Assembly: GCA_050259395.1 (NCBI GenBank)
Contig: JBLNAO010000102.1
Location: 1-35,500 of the forward strand
Reading direction: 5' to 3'
Source of the DNA: Chloroflexota bacterium
GTDB lineage: Bacteria; Bacteroidota; Bacteroidia; Bacteroidales; VadinHA17
DNA length: 35,500 nt
A program made the position numbers and the translations under genes. The notes below the pieces were generated by a model. It saw only the letters and a list, made by a program, of their open reading frames with translations, was not told where the DNA came from and made no database searches. Of this stretch, positions 8,768 through 17,802 are shown in pieces (within the stretch, counting starts at the first letter, position 1; each line of letters begins with the position of its first letter).

Positions 8768-10411
8768 CTAGTAACCCGGGTTCTGTACCAGGTTTGGATT
8801 GGCAGCAAGCTTGGCTTTTCCTATCGGGAATAATTTGAGATATTCACCAGGGATACCAAGCTGGTCACCAACATTATTGAACGGGATGACCCATTTTTGA
8901 TAGTCGTTCCAGAAACCCCAGCGGATCAGATCCTGCCGCCTGTAATGTTCTGCAAACATTTCCCTGCCCATCTCGTTAAATAGCTCGCCTCCGGCAACCA
9001 CGGGTCCTTCAAGCTGGAAGCTGATCTTTCCATCGAGAGTTGTAAGAGCCGTTAAACCTGCCCTTTGCCTTACCATATTCACAAGTGGTAATGCTTCAGC
9101 TGTTCTTCCGAGCCTGAAGAGGGCTTCAGCCTTCATCAAAAGCACATCGGCATAACGGAAAATCGACATGTCGTTGCTCATATCAGAAGTGCCACCAACC
9201 TGGTATTCCCATTTGCCTATCCGCACACCGGATTGTCTCCATGCCTGCGGACCAAGCTCATTTATCTGTGGTTTACCTGTGCCGATATTTCCGAAATTGA
9301 GAGGTTTCCCATCAGGATCTGTGCCATCAGCGCCATCGTCAATAACAATTTTCCCCCCGCTTGTGAACTGGTAGCCGGCAAGGAAGTTGCCACGATTGAC
9401 TGCAGGTGCTGTTGCTGTACCGACATCCCCTTTTCGCAGATCCTCAGGACTGTATGAATTATAAAATTCTTCCAGTGTGCAGAATCCGTTCCATGGCTGG
9501 GAAGTGAGGTTATAAGTGAACTGGCTGCCATAGTGCAGTGTCTGCATGTTCATGTTAAATCCTGTAAAGAAGATCTGGTCGTATGGAATTGCGAAGATGA
9601 ACTCCTTGGAAGATGAATTATTCACATTGAAATTGGAGAAATAATTACTTTCCAGTGAGTACTTCCCGGAATTTATGACTGAATCACATGCAGAAATTAC
9701 CTTTGCCCATTGTGCCGTTCCCGAATAGACCTGGGAGTTCAGGTATAACTTTGCAAGAAGAGTCTGCGCTGCATAATAGTTCATTCTTCCGTAAGTAGTT
9801 CCATCGACAGCTCTTGAGAGTAAAGGGATCACAGCCTCAAGATCGGCAACAGTGTTGGCGAAGACAGTTGCCCTGGCCACAGTTGCGGGAGCTGAAGAGA
9901 CCCCAATAAAATCGACAACCCAGGGCACGTTCCCATACAGATCGATCAGCTGCCAGTAAAACCAGTTGCGAAGAGCCTTCAACTCAGCAATATATGCTTC
10001 AGCTGTTGTTGCATCAACCTGACCTCCTTCAGACAGGGAAGTGAACTGATATATGAGCCTGTTGGCTGTGTTTACACCGGCATAACAAAAATCCCATGCA
10101 GAACTCATATCATTATCTTCAAATTTCCATGAATGCAGATGGAGCCTTCTCCAGTTTCCGCCATCATCCCAGTCAGATCCTCTTGTAGGTACAACCATCT
10201 CATCTGTAGTCACTTCCTGTAAATTGTAAACAGAACCTGAAGCATAACCACCCAATTGAGTATATGCAGAACCCAAGGCTGAAACAAACTCTGCTTCGGA
10301 CTTGAAGAAATTGGCGGGAGTAACCTCACTGTAGAGTTTCTCATCCAGTTTTGTGCACGACAGGCTGAAAACAGCAAGTGACAGTGCTATCAGAAATATG
10401 GACTTTTTCAT
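8768..10411 (-). CDS. susD: SusD/RagB-family nutrient-binding outer-membrane lipoprotein
   Basis: The gene lies directly downstream of susC. The start chosen is the ATG at 10411, giving MKKSIFLIALSLAVFSLSC (signal peptide plus lipobox). An alternative ATG is at 10435. The fold-typical TPR-like N-half and a C-terminal ...FRYADVLLMKAEA...R.ER..ELFAE..RR.DLIRW-like segment (IFRYADVLLMKAEALFRLGR...FAEHYRRQDLIRWG) are present. Confidence 0.9.
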   Translation of the reverse strand: MKKSIFLIALSLAVFSLSCTKLDEKLYSEVTPANFFKSEAEFVSALGSAYTQLGGYASGSVYNLQEVTTDEMVVPTRGSDWDDGGNWRRLHLHSWKFEDNDMSSAWDFCYAGVNTANRLIYQFTSLSEGGQVDATTAEAYIAELKALRNWFYWQLIDLYGNVPWVVDFIGVSSAPATVARATVFANTVADLEAVIPLLSRAVDGTTYGRMNYYAAQTLLAKLYLNSQVYSGTAQWAKVISACDSVINSGKYSLESNYFSNFNVNNSSSKEFIFAIPYDQIFFTGFNMNMQTLHYGSQFTYNLTSQPWNGFCTLEEFYNSYSPEDLRKGDVGTATAPAVNRGNFLAGYQFTSGGKIVIDDGADGTDPDGKPLNFGNIGTGKPQINELGPQAWRQSGVRIGKWEYQVGGTSDMSNDMSIFRYADVLLMKAEALFRLGRTAEALPLVNMVRQRAGLTALTTLDGKISFQLEGPVVAGGELFNEMGREMFAEHYRRQDLIRWGFWNDYQKWVIPFNNVGDQLGIPGEYLKLFPIGKAKLAANPNLVQNPGY

Positions 10412-10451
10412 ATTGTATCTTTCTTTTTTATTCATTTCCAGGCCCTCCCGA

Positions 10452-13448
10452 TTAAAATATAATATTTGCTCCCAGAGTAAAGGACCTGGTCCTGAACCAG
10501 GTGTTCCTCCTGTCGACTCCCGGTACCAGCGGGCTGTTGAGTGTTCCAAGGTTCTCTGTATCCTGGTACCTCGGGTTAGGATCAACTCCTGTATAACCGG
10601 TAATATAGAACAGATTGTTCCCTGCAAGGTAAAGCCTGATCTTTTTAAAATCGCCGCTTGAAGGCAAACCGAAATTATAACCGATGCTCATGTTGTCGAG
10701 GGCAACGAACGATGCATTTTCAACGTATTTGCTCGATAAAGTTCCTGAAGTCACATTCAGGAGTTTACCCTGTGGATTCCGTATATTGGCAGCGCTTTTA
10801 GGAAGATTGTATGATGTTATATAATTTGGAACTTCATAAAATCCCCTGAATGAATTAATCAGATCGTGGCCGAAGACACCGCGGAAAAACAGGTTAAGGT
10901 CCCATTTCTTATACGTGACTGCATTGCCGAAACCAATCAGGAATTTAGGCAGACCGTTACCTGTAACAACACGGTCTGAAGCGTCTATTTTCCCGTCTTC
11001 ATTCGTATCTTCAAAAACGAATTTCCCGTCAGCATCAATTTCCTTGAATTTATAAGTAAGCAATTGCCCGAGCGGTTGTCCTTCCTCCACAACTGTCAAA
11101 GGAGTCTGGTTTTGTCCGGGAGAACCCATATCGCCCAGTTCCTGCCTTCCGTATTCCAGGTCAGCCCCGTTATAGCTGCCTGAAAGTGAAACAAGTTTGT
11201 TGCTTATATTATATGAAGGTGTGAGAGTTACCATATACGTAAGGTCAGGCTTACCTATCACATACCAGTTCAAAGTAAGTTCCAGTCCACTGCTTTTCAA
11301 TTTGCCAAGATTGAGCCATGCCTGGTTATAAAGGTTCGGCGGCACAGGTACCTGGTATTGCCACAGCAGGTCTGTAGTAGTTTTTGAGTAATAATCAAAT
11401 GAACCTGACAGCTTGGAATCAAATAGCGAGAAATCAAACCCGGCATCGAATTGTCCTGTTTTTTCCCATTTCAGATCGGCATTATTATTACTGACCGGTG
11501 AATAGCCGGGAATGAAACTTCCGTTATAGAAGAAGTTTCCCTGGGGGCCCAGCCTGAGAATGGAAAGATAACTGTTCGATGGCTGGTTGCCGGTAACTCC
11601 GTAATTTATGCGGATTTTCAGGTTGTCGATGGCGCTTGAATTTAGGAGCTCAGAAATATCTGCACCTCCTCCGATAGCAGGAAAAAGACCCCATTTATTC
11701 TGGGTTCCGAATCTTGACGAACCTTCATACCTGGCACTGGCAGTGACAAAATAAGTGCTTGCTATGTTCACGTTCAACCGGCCGAAGAATGCGATGAGCT
11801 TATTATCGTCCTTGTAGCTCGTTATTGTGCCTTTCCCGTTTTTGAAATCAAGCGCTGCACCGAGGTTATTAAATGTAAAGTTGTCTGTCAAGAAATTTCC
11901 TCCCTGGGCATAAAATCCTTCATTTGTGAAATCCTGGTAGGAATAACCTCCCAGGGCGCTTATGTTAAGTGCAGAAGAAATATCACCTGTATAATGAAGT
12001 GTTGATTCAAACAACCTGTTCAGTGAATTGCTTGTGTTCCTGCTCGCCAGACCGTTTCTGTTCATTCCGCCCCAGTAGTCGTGCTTGTTCAGATACTCCC
12101 CAAAGAGGTTTCCAGTGATCTGTGTTGAATAGAACGCGTCAACCGTAAACCCCTTCAGAAGTTCATATGTGCCTTTCATCGAAAGGTTTACTAACCTGTT
12201 TTTCCCTTCCCTGGTGTTTTGCCTTATTATTGAAACAGGATTATAGTAGTCAAACAGCACTTGCTGGAAATATCCATTATATACGTCATACTGCTCGTCG
12301 GTGCTCATTACCGGCGCGGTGGGATTATAAATTGTTGCATACCTGAATGCCTCCGTGAACCCCGGATTATAGTCCTTCTCTGTCGCACCCAGGTTAAGAT
12401 CAAGGGTGAACTTGTCACTCAATGCTTTCTGGGTAAAGTTGATCCTTCCGTTAAGCTGGTTGAATCCTGAAAAGATCTGAACACCCTCCGCAGTCCTGTA
12501 GTTGACTGAAGCCCGATAGGTGGTTTTATCAGTTCCGCCGGAGAGAGAAATATTGTGAGTTTGTGATAAGGCTGTCCTCTCTATCTCCTTGAACCAGTCG
12601 GTGTTGCCCTGAAAGTCAGTTCCAAGTCCTATTTCGGATGACAGGGATCTCCATTCGGTTGCGTCCATGACAGGAACATTCTTTGCGACCATTTCCGATG
12701 TCACATAGCCATTGTACTCAATAGATGATGTTCCAGCCCGTCCTTTCTTTGTCGTTACAAGTATGACGCCGCTTGATCCGCGTGTTCCATAAATGGATGC
12801 AGCTGAACCATCCTTGAGTACGTTTATAGATTCGATATCATTGGGATCCACGTTGTTAAGATCACCGCCAATAACCCCGTCGATAACAATAAGCGGACCG
12901 AGGTTAGCGCCTATAGTGCTCATTCCCCTGAGTCTTATATCAAATCCTGCGTTGGGATCACCTCCGGGTTTGCTTATCGACAATCCGGCAACTTTTCCCT
13001 GGATTAGCTGCACCGGATCGCTGATGCTTCCTTTTACAAACTGATCGGACTTGACCTGCGCGATTGAACTCGTAACTTCCCGTCGCTGCTGGGTGCCATA
13101 CCCGACAACAACCACTTCGTTGAGTGTGCTCAGCTCCGGTACAAGAGTTATATTTATTGTTGTCCTGTCACCAACTGTTACGGTTTGTGATGCGTAGCTG
13201 ATAAACGAGAACACCAGCACAGCATCATTCCCGGGGACATTGATCGAATAACTTCCATCAGAGCCGGTCATTGTTCCCTGCTGTGTACCCTGTACAACAA
13301 TATTAACCCCCGGAAGTGGCCCTTCATCCTGGGATGATACGACCCCTTTGATGGTTTTTCCCTGACCAAAGCCGAAAGATGCCGCAAACCCAAAAATGAG
13401 AAGTAATAAAAAACTTCTCTTCCATTGTGTAGCAGAAATGTTTGACAT
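10452..13448 (-). CDS. susC: SusC/RagA-family TonB-dependent outer-membrane transporter
   Basis: The start chosen is the ATG at 13448 (MSNISATQWKRSFLLLLIFGFAAS...). The protein has a CarboxypepD_reg-like N-domain (IKGVVSSQDEGPLPGVNIVVQG...DGSYSI), a TonB-box/plug (EVVVVGYGTQ) and a long beta-barrel that ends in the terminal aromatic ...ANIIF. There is no N-terminal STN/anti-sigma signalling extension. Confidence 0.92.
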   Translation of the reverse strand: MSNISATQWKRSFLLLLIFGFAASFGFGQGKTIKGVVSSQDEGPLPGVNIVVQGTQQGTMTGSDGSYSINVPGNDAVLVFSFISYASQTVTVGDRTTINITLVPELSTLNEVVVVGYGTQQRREVTSSIAQVKSDQFVKGSISDPVQLIQGKVAGLSISKPGGDPNAGFDIRLRGMSTIGANLGPLIVIDGVIGGDLNNVDPNDIESINVLKDGSAASIYGTRGSSGVILVTTKKGRAGTSSIEYNGYVTSEMVAKNVPVMDATEWRSLSSEIGLGTDFQGNTDWFKEIERTALSQTHNISLSGGTDKTTYRASVNYRTAEGVQIFSGFNQLNGRINFTQKALSDKFTLDLNLGATEKDYNPGFTEAFRYATIYNPTAPVMSTDEQYDVYNGYFQQVLFDYYNPVSIIRQNTREGKNRLVNLSMKGTYELLKGFTVDAFYSTQITGNLFGEYLNKHDYWGGMNRNGLASRNTSNSLNRLFESTLHYTGDISSALNISALGGYSYQDFTNEGFYAQGGNFLTDNFTFNNLGAALDFKNGKGTITSYKDDNKLIAFFGRLNVNIASTYFVTASARYEGSSRFGTQNKWGLFPAIGGGADISELLNSSAIDNLKIRINYGVTGNQPSNSYLSILRLGPQGNFFYNGSFIPGYSPVSNNNADLKWEKTGQFDAGFDFSLFDSKLSGSFDYYSKTTTDLLWQYQVPVPPNLYNQAWLNLGKLKSSGLELTLNWYVIGKPDLTYMVTLTPSYNISNKLVSLSGSYNGADLEYGRQELGDMGSPGQNQTPLTVVEEGQPLGQLLTYKFKEIDADGKFVFEDTNEDGKIDASDRVVTGNGLPKFLIGFGNAVTYKKWDLNLFFRGVFGHDLINSFRGFYEVPNYITSYNLPKSAANIRNPQGKLLNVTSGTLSSKYVENASFVALDNMSIGYNFGLPSSGDFKKIRLYLAGNNLFYITGYTGVDPNPRYQDTENLGTLNSPLVPGVDRRNTWFRTRSFTLGANIIF

Positions 13449-13590
13449 AGTTAAATTGTTTGAATGACTATTCTGTAGTAATCTTAAATTCCTCAACCAA
13501 AAAAGATTAACCAAACGAATTATCACAGGAAAAAATCGAAACCAAGCACCACAAAATCAAGCGAGTATTCAGGATTATCACCTGTTTACA

Positions 13591-13598
13591 CAAAAATA
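13591..13598 (-). promoter_or_regulatory. Bacteroidota -7 box (TAnnTTTG) candidate for susC
   Basis: The minus strand reads TATTTTTG. It lies about 143 nt upstream of the susC ATG in an AT-rich divergent intergenic region. Confidence 0.3.
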
Positions 13599-13836
13599 AT
13601 CAAACTTTTTGGATTAAAAAAGTATTAAAACGTAATTAAAATCCAATGAAAGAACGAAAATGAAGTGCTTTTGTTCATGCCAAATGTGGCTACTTACGTA
13701 TTAAGTTTAAAAACATAGTTTATTATTCAATATTTTTCTACTTTAGCGAAGGTGCGGCGGAGTCATCCGCTACATTATAAAATATTAAAATACATCAACA
13801 AAAACGGATCTTAATAACTCACAGAAATTCTAAGAA

Positions 13837-14718
13837 ATGAGAAAGTTAATTATTGTAAGTTTAATGCTTACGACGACAGTCCTTCTTTCCGGACAGCAAC
13901 AGGGAAATCAGAACAGGCAAAACCAGCAGGGAAATCAACCCGCAGCTGCTCAATCAGCGACCCCTCAGGCTCCGGCAGCACAGCCGCAGCAGAGACCACA
14001 GGGAAACAACGCCAGACCGCAGGATCCCAACCGCATGGTTCCTGGAATGACTGAGATCTTTGAACCCGAAGTTCCTATTGTACAGCCCGGTGCAAAGGAC
14101 AGTGATCCTCCTTCAGATGCAATCGTTCTGTTTAACGGAACCAATGTCGACAAAGAATGGACAGATGCAAGAGGCAATCCCTCGAAATGGATCATCCAGG
14201 ATGGAAACCTGGTATGCGTTAAAGGTTCAGGTGTGATCAAGACAAAAAGAAAATTCGGAAGCGTTCAGCTTCACATCGAATGGAAAAGTCCTTCAGAAGT
14301 TATCGGCAGCGGACAGGGGAGAGGCAACAGCGGCGTTTACCTGCAGGAACTGTATGAAGTACAGGTACTTGACAGCTATGATAACAAGACCTATCGTCAG
14401 GGCCAGGCAGGCAGTCTCTACAAGCAGCATGCACCGCTTGTGAACGTTAGCCGCAAACCTGGAGAATGGCAGTCATATGATATTATCTACACTGCTCCCA
14501 CATTCAATCCCAAAGACACTACAACATATCTCACTGCACCGCGCGTTACAGTATTGCATAATGGTGTGCTTATCCAGAACAATGTAAGCCTCAGAGGTCC
14601 GACACAATATATAGGTATACCTGAATACACAATCAAAGTGCATGGCCCACAGAGCCTTGTTCTGCAGGATCACGGCAACCCTGTTGCTTTTAGAAACATC
14701 TGGATAAGAGAACTTTAA
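13837..14718 (+). CDS. DUF1080 (3-keto-disaccharide hydrolase family, concanavalin-like fold) secreted protein with a Q/N/P-rich N-terminal linker
   Basis: A 293-aa ORF with a signal peptide. The W..DG.L......G.i.T...F.d..L..EWk pattern is present (KWIIQDGNLVCVKGSGVIKTKRKFGSVQLHIEWK), along with NSGVYLQ..YEVQVLDS and the family-typical C-terminus LQDHGNPVAFRNIWIREL. Confidence 0.8.
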   Translation: MRKLIIVSLMLTTTVLLSGQQQGNQNRQNQQGNQPAAAQSATPQAPAAQPQQRPQGNNARPQDPNRMVPGMTEIFEPEVPIVQPGAKDSDPPSDAIVLFNGTNVDKEWTDARGNPSKWIIQDGNLVCVKGSGVIKTKRKFGSVQLHIEWKSPSEVIGSGQGRGNSGVYLQELYEVQVLDSYDNKTYRQGQAGSLYKQHAPLVNVSRKPGEWQSYDIIYTAPTFNPKDTTTYLTAPRVTVLHNGVLIQNNVSLRGPTQYIGIPEYTIKVHGPQSLVLQDHGNPVAFRNIWIREL

Positions 14719-14792
14719 ACCTATATGGTTATTTTCATAAATATTTTGCTTAATTTTATACACTCATACTAAATTTTAAACTACCTGGTAAA

Positions 14793-16286
14793 ATGAAAGA
14801 AGATTCAAAGAACATTAGCCGCCGGACCTTCATCGGTACAACCGGGGCTGCTGCAGCAGGTTTTACAATACTCCCGAGCTCCGTTATAGGAGGCCTTGGA
14901 AAAAGAGCTCCAAGCGACAAGCTGAATATAGCTGTTGTCGGTATAGGGGGAATGGGTAACTCAAACCTGAAGAATGTTGCTCCCACAGAAAACATAGTTG
15001 CACTTTGCGATGTTGACTGGGGATATTCAAAAGAAGTATTCGAAGCTAATCCGAATGCAAAAAGGTACTGGGACTGGCGCAAGATGTACGACGAAATGGC
15101 TAAATCAATTGATGGTGTCATCGTTGCTACTGCCGACCATTCTCATGCCGTTGTTGCTGCGAATGCAATCACCCTTGGAAAGCACGTTTATTGCCAGAAG
15201 CCTCTCACGCACACTGTTTACGAGTCAAGGCTGCTAACAAAACTGGCTGCAAAATATAAAGTTGCAACCCAGATGGGTAACCAGGGTTCATCAGCTGAAG
15301 GCGTTGACCTCATTGTTGAATGGCTGAACAATGGTGAAATCGGTGATGTAACAAAAGTTGAAGCTTTTACAGACCGTCCTATATGGCCGCAGGGTCTTAA
15401 CCGCCCCAAAGGCGAGTGGGTTCCCGATACACTTAACTGGGACCTCTTCATCGGACCGGCACAGATGCGTCCTTACAACAGCATTTATACGCCATGGAAC
15501 TGGCGCGGATGGTGGGATTTTGGTACAGGTGCTCTTGGTGATATGGCTTGCCATATTCTTCACCCTGTATTTAAAGGACTGAAACTTCAGTACCCGATCA
15601 AAGCTCAGGGAAGCTCCACACTGCTTCTTACTGACTGCGCTCCCAATGCACAGATGGTTAAACTGACTTATCCTGCCAGAACAACTGCGAAAAATGCAAA
15701 AATGAAGCTTCCGCAGGTTGAAGTTGTATGGTACGACGGTGGTCTCCAGCCCGCTAAACCTGAAGGTTGGCCGGCAGGGAAGAACATGAACGACCAGGGT
15801 GGTGGCGTTATCTTCCACGGAACAAAAGACAAAATCATTTGTGGTTGTTATGGAGTTAACCCATGGCTGCTCTCAGGCCGCAAGCCTCAGGCACCGCAGA
15901 CACAGAGACGCGTTGCGAATGCAACAAGAGGCGGACACGAAATGGACTGGGTACGCGCAGCTAAAGAATCTCCTGACAGCAGGGTGCTCACAAAATCCGA
16001 TTTCTCAGAATCAGGACCATTCAACGAAATGGTTGTTATGGGCGTTCTCGCAGTCAGACTCCAGGGCCTTAACAAGGAACTCGAGTGGAATGGTGAGCAG
16101 ATGACGTTTACAAACATCGGCGCTGATGAAAAACTAAGGCTTACAGTTTCGGATAACTTCACCATCATCGATGGCGACCCGAAATTCGACAGACCCAACA
16201 TTACAGTCGATGCCAAGTCGTTTGCCAACGAAATGATTAAGCATACATATCGTCCGGGCTTCACGCTCCCCGAAATGCCTGCATAG
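14793..16286 (+). CDS. Tat-exported Gfo/Idh/MocA-family oxidoreductase
   Basis: A 497-aa ORF with a twin-arginine signal (SRRTFIGTTGAAAAGFTIL) and a Rossmann motif (LNIAVVGIGGMGNSN). The family-typical DVD.../...ATADHSHA.../EKPL-like YCQKPLTH segment is also present. Confidence 0.85.
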   Translation: MKEDSKNISRRTFIGTTGAAAAGFTILPSSVIGGLGKRAPSDKLNIAVVGIGGMGNSNLKNVAPTENIVALCDVDWGYSKEVFEANPNAKRYWDWRKMYDEMAKSIDGVIVATADHSHAVVAANAITLGKHVYCQKPLTHTVYESRLLTKLAAKYKVATQMGNQGSSAEGVDLIVEWLNNGEIGDVTKVEAFTDRPIWPQGLNRPKGEWVPDTLNWDLFIGPAQMRPYNSIYTPWNWRGWWDFGTGALGDMACHILHPVFKGLKLQYPIKAQGSSTLLLTDCAPNAQMVKLTYPARTTAKNAKMKLPQVEVVWYDGGLQPAKPEGWPAGKNMNDQGGGVIFHGTKDKIICGCYGVNPWLLSGRKPQAPQTQRRVANATRGGHEMDWVRAAKESPDSRVLTKSDFSESGPFNEMVVMGVLAVRLQGLNKELEWNGEQMTFTNIGADEKLRLTVSDNFTIIDGDPKFDRPNITVDAKSFANEMIKHTYRPGFTLPEMPA

Positions 16287-16327
16287 ATCAACAGTCAGCA
16301 TAACTGCTGATATTGTATAATTTTATG

Positions 16328-16368
16328 AAAGTCACAGGTAAACATTTTTACCTGTGACTTTGTTTTTT
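16328..16368 (+). terminator. rho-independent terminator after the Gfo/Idh/MocA gene
   Basis: A 15-bp perfect stem, AAAGTCACAGGTAAA (16328-16342) / TTTACCTGTGACTTT (16347-16361), encloses a 4-nt loop. A T6 run follows at 16363-16368. Confidence 0.75.
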
Positions 16369-16393
16369 ATACAATAATAAAATACAAGTAGTT

Positions 16394-17167
16394 ATGAAGG
16401 CATTGAATATTATATTTTTCGGTACAGTCCTGCTGGGATTGGGTGCATCATGCGGTTCTCAGGGAGGACAGAAAAATGATGAGAATGTAAAAAAGGATAC
16501 TGTGACAACTGCGGTTCTTTCGAAAAATCCCGGCGATGAAGGTTTTGTCGACATTTTCGATGGTAAAACTGCATCAGGATGGAGAGGCTACAACAAAGAC
16601 TCTTTTCCGAAGGGTTGGGAAGTGGTGGATGGAACACTTCATTGTATTGGCTCAGGAACAGGTGAAGCAGGTTCCGGCGGAGACATAATCTATGGTAAGA
16701 AGCTTGGCAACTTCGAGCTGAGGCTCGAGTGGAAGATCTCTGAAGGAGGTAACAGCGGAATCTTCATCCTCGGACAGGAAATACCCGGGCATCCTCTTTG
16801 GCATTCTGCGATGGAAATGCAGGTCCTCGACAATGAAAGACACCCCGATGCCAAACTGGGTAAAAACGGTAACAGGATGGCAGGCTCACTCTATGATATC
16901 CTGCCTGCAAATCCGCAAAACGCCAAACCTGCAGGCGAATGGAACGAAGTGAAGATTCTTGTTTACCAGGGTACAGTGGTTTTCACCCAGAATGGTGAGA
17001 ATGTGGTCGAATTCCATCTTTGGACAGACGAATGGAAAAATCTGGTTCAAAATTCCAAGTTCAAGGATTATGAATGGTTCATGAATCCTGCAAAAGAAGG
17101 ATATATCGGCCTCCAGGACCATGGCAACGATGTGTGGTTCAGAAATATAAAGGTAAAGGAATTATAA
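16394..17167 (+). CDS. DUF1080 (3-keto-disaccharide hydrolase family) lipoprotein
   Basis: A 257-aa ORF with a signal peptide and lipobox (LGLGASC). Family motifs present are GW..y......GW.V.DG.L (SGWRGYNKDSFPKGWEVVDGTLHC), FELRLEWKISEGGNSGIF, MEMQVLDN and the C-terminal LQDHGNDVWFRNIKVKEL. Confidence 0.85.
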   Translation: MKALNIIFFGTVLLGLGASCGSQGGQKNDENVKKDTVTTAVLSKNPGDEGFVDIFDGKTASGWRGYNKDSFPKGWEVVDGTLHCIGSGTGEAGSGGDIIYGKKLGNFELRLEWKISEGGNSGIFILGQEIPGHPLWHSAMEMQVLDNERHPDAKLGKNGNRMAGSLYDILPANPQNAKPAGEWNEVKILVYQGTVVFTQNGENVVEFHLWTDEWKNLVQNSKFKDYEWFMNPAKEGYIGLQDHGNDVWFRNIKVKEL

Positions 17168-17179
17168 TCTTATGTAATT

Positions 17180-17208
17180 GTAGAGACGATGCAATGCATT
17201 GTCTCTAC
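17180..17208. terminator. hairpin between convergent genes (possible bidirectional terminator)
   Basis: GTAGAGACGATG-caatg-CATTGTCTCTAC forms a 12-bp stem with one G-U pair. It sits between the stop at 17167 (+) and the stop at 17211 (-). The flanking U-tracts are weak. Confidence 0.45.
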
Positions 17209-17210
17209 GT

Positions 17211-17777
17211 TCATAATCCAATTTCCTTTGCCACTTCCCGCATCCCCATGATGCAATCGGTTATTAACTGATCGAGTGGTAAGCCCAACATCTGTGCTCC
17301 GTTTTCAATGACTGAGCGGTCAACCCCTGCCGCAAACCTCTTGTCGTTCCATTTCTTCTTTACAGATTTGGCTTCCATGTCGAGAACACTTTTTGATGGC
17401 CTCACAAGAGCGCTGGTTGCAACCAGTCCTGTTAGTTCGTCAACAGCATATATTGTCTTTTCCAGCAGGGTTTCTGGCTTAACATCGGTCACCAGCCCCC
17501 AGCCATGGCTCAGCACAGCCCTGATGTATTCTTCCGGCCAGTTGTTTTCCCTCAGGATCTTCTCAGTCATTTTACAGTGCTGCTCCGGGTATTGTTCATA
17601 GTCCAGATCATGGATCAGCCCGATTATCCCCCATTTTCCCTCGTCTTCACCTGCCTTCCTGGCCATGTACCTCATTACTCCTTCAACTGAGAGTGCATGT
17701 TTTGTGAGGCTTTCAGATTTGTTGTATTTCCTGAATAACTCAAAAGCCGATTCGCGGGTAGGTTTCACTTCCGTCAT
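17211..17777 (-). CDS. HD-domain metal-dependent phosphohydrolase (small, stand-alone)
   Basis: A 188-aa ORF with an ATG start. The H...HD signature is present (TKHALSVEGVMRYMA...GLIHDLDYEQ), with later HGW and D residues typical of HD-superfamily hydrolases. Confidence 0.7.
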   Translation of the reverse strand: MTEVKPTRESAFELFRKYNKSESLTKHALSVEGVMRYMARKAGEDEGKWGIIGLIHDLDYEQYPEQHCKMTEKILRENNWPEEYIRAVLSHGWGLVTDVKPETLLEKTIYAVDELTGLVATSALVRPSKSVLDMEAKSVKKKWNDKRFAAGVDRSVIENGAQMLGLPLDQLITDCIMGMREVAKEIGL

Positions 17778-17802
17778 AATTCTTCTATTTTAAATATTGA
17801 TA

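Noticed and set aside
10412-10627. The 72-codon N-terminal extension of the SusD ORF in the six-frame track (start at 10627).
   Set aside because: The extension overlaps the 3' end of susC in another frame and has no signal peptide. The ATG at 10411 gives a textbook lipoprotein signal (MKKSIFLIALSLAVFSLSC) 40 nt after the susC stop.
13449-13526. The upstream extension of the SusC ORF (MIIRLVNLFWLRNLRLLQNSHSNNLT...).
   Set aside because: The ATG at 13448 is followed by a normal signal peptide, and the extension looks like translated AT-rich intergenic DNA.
13660-13704. A 14-codon Cys-rich sORF (MKCFCSCQMWLLTY) in the susC/DUF1080 divergent intergenic region.
   Set aside because: It has no ribosome-binding or promoter context, is very short, and such ORFs are expected by chance in about 390 bp of AT-rich DNA.
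13729-13786. An 8-bp inverted repeat (AATATTTT...AAAATATT) enclosing a small GC-rich hairpin (GCGGA-gtca-TCCGC) upstream of the first DUF1080 gene. It was considered as an invertible-promoter or riboswitch-like element.
   Set aside because: The arms are short, purely A/T and separated by unpaired sequence, and the inner stem is only 5 bp. No recombinase gene is nearby.
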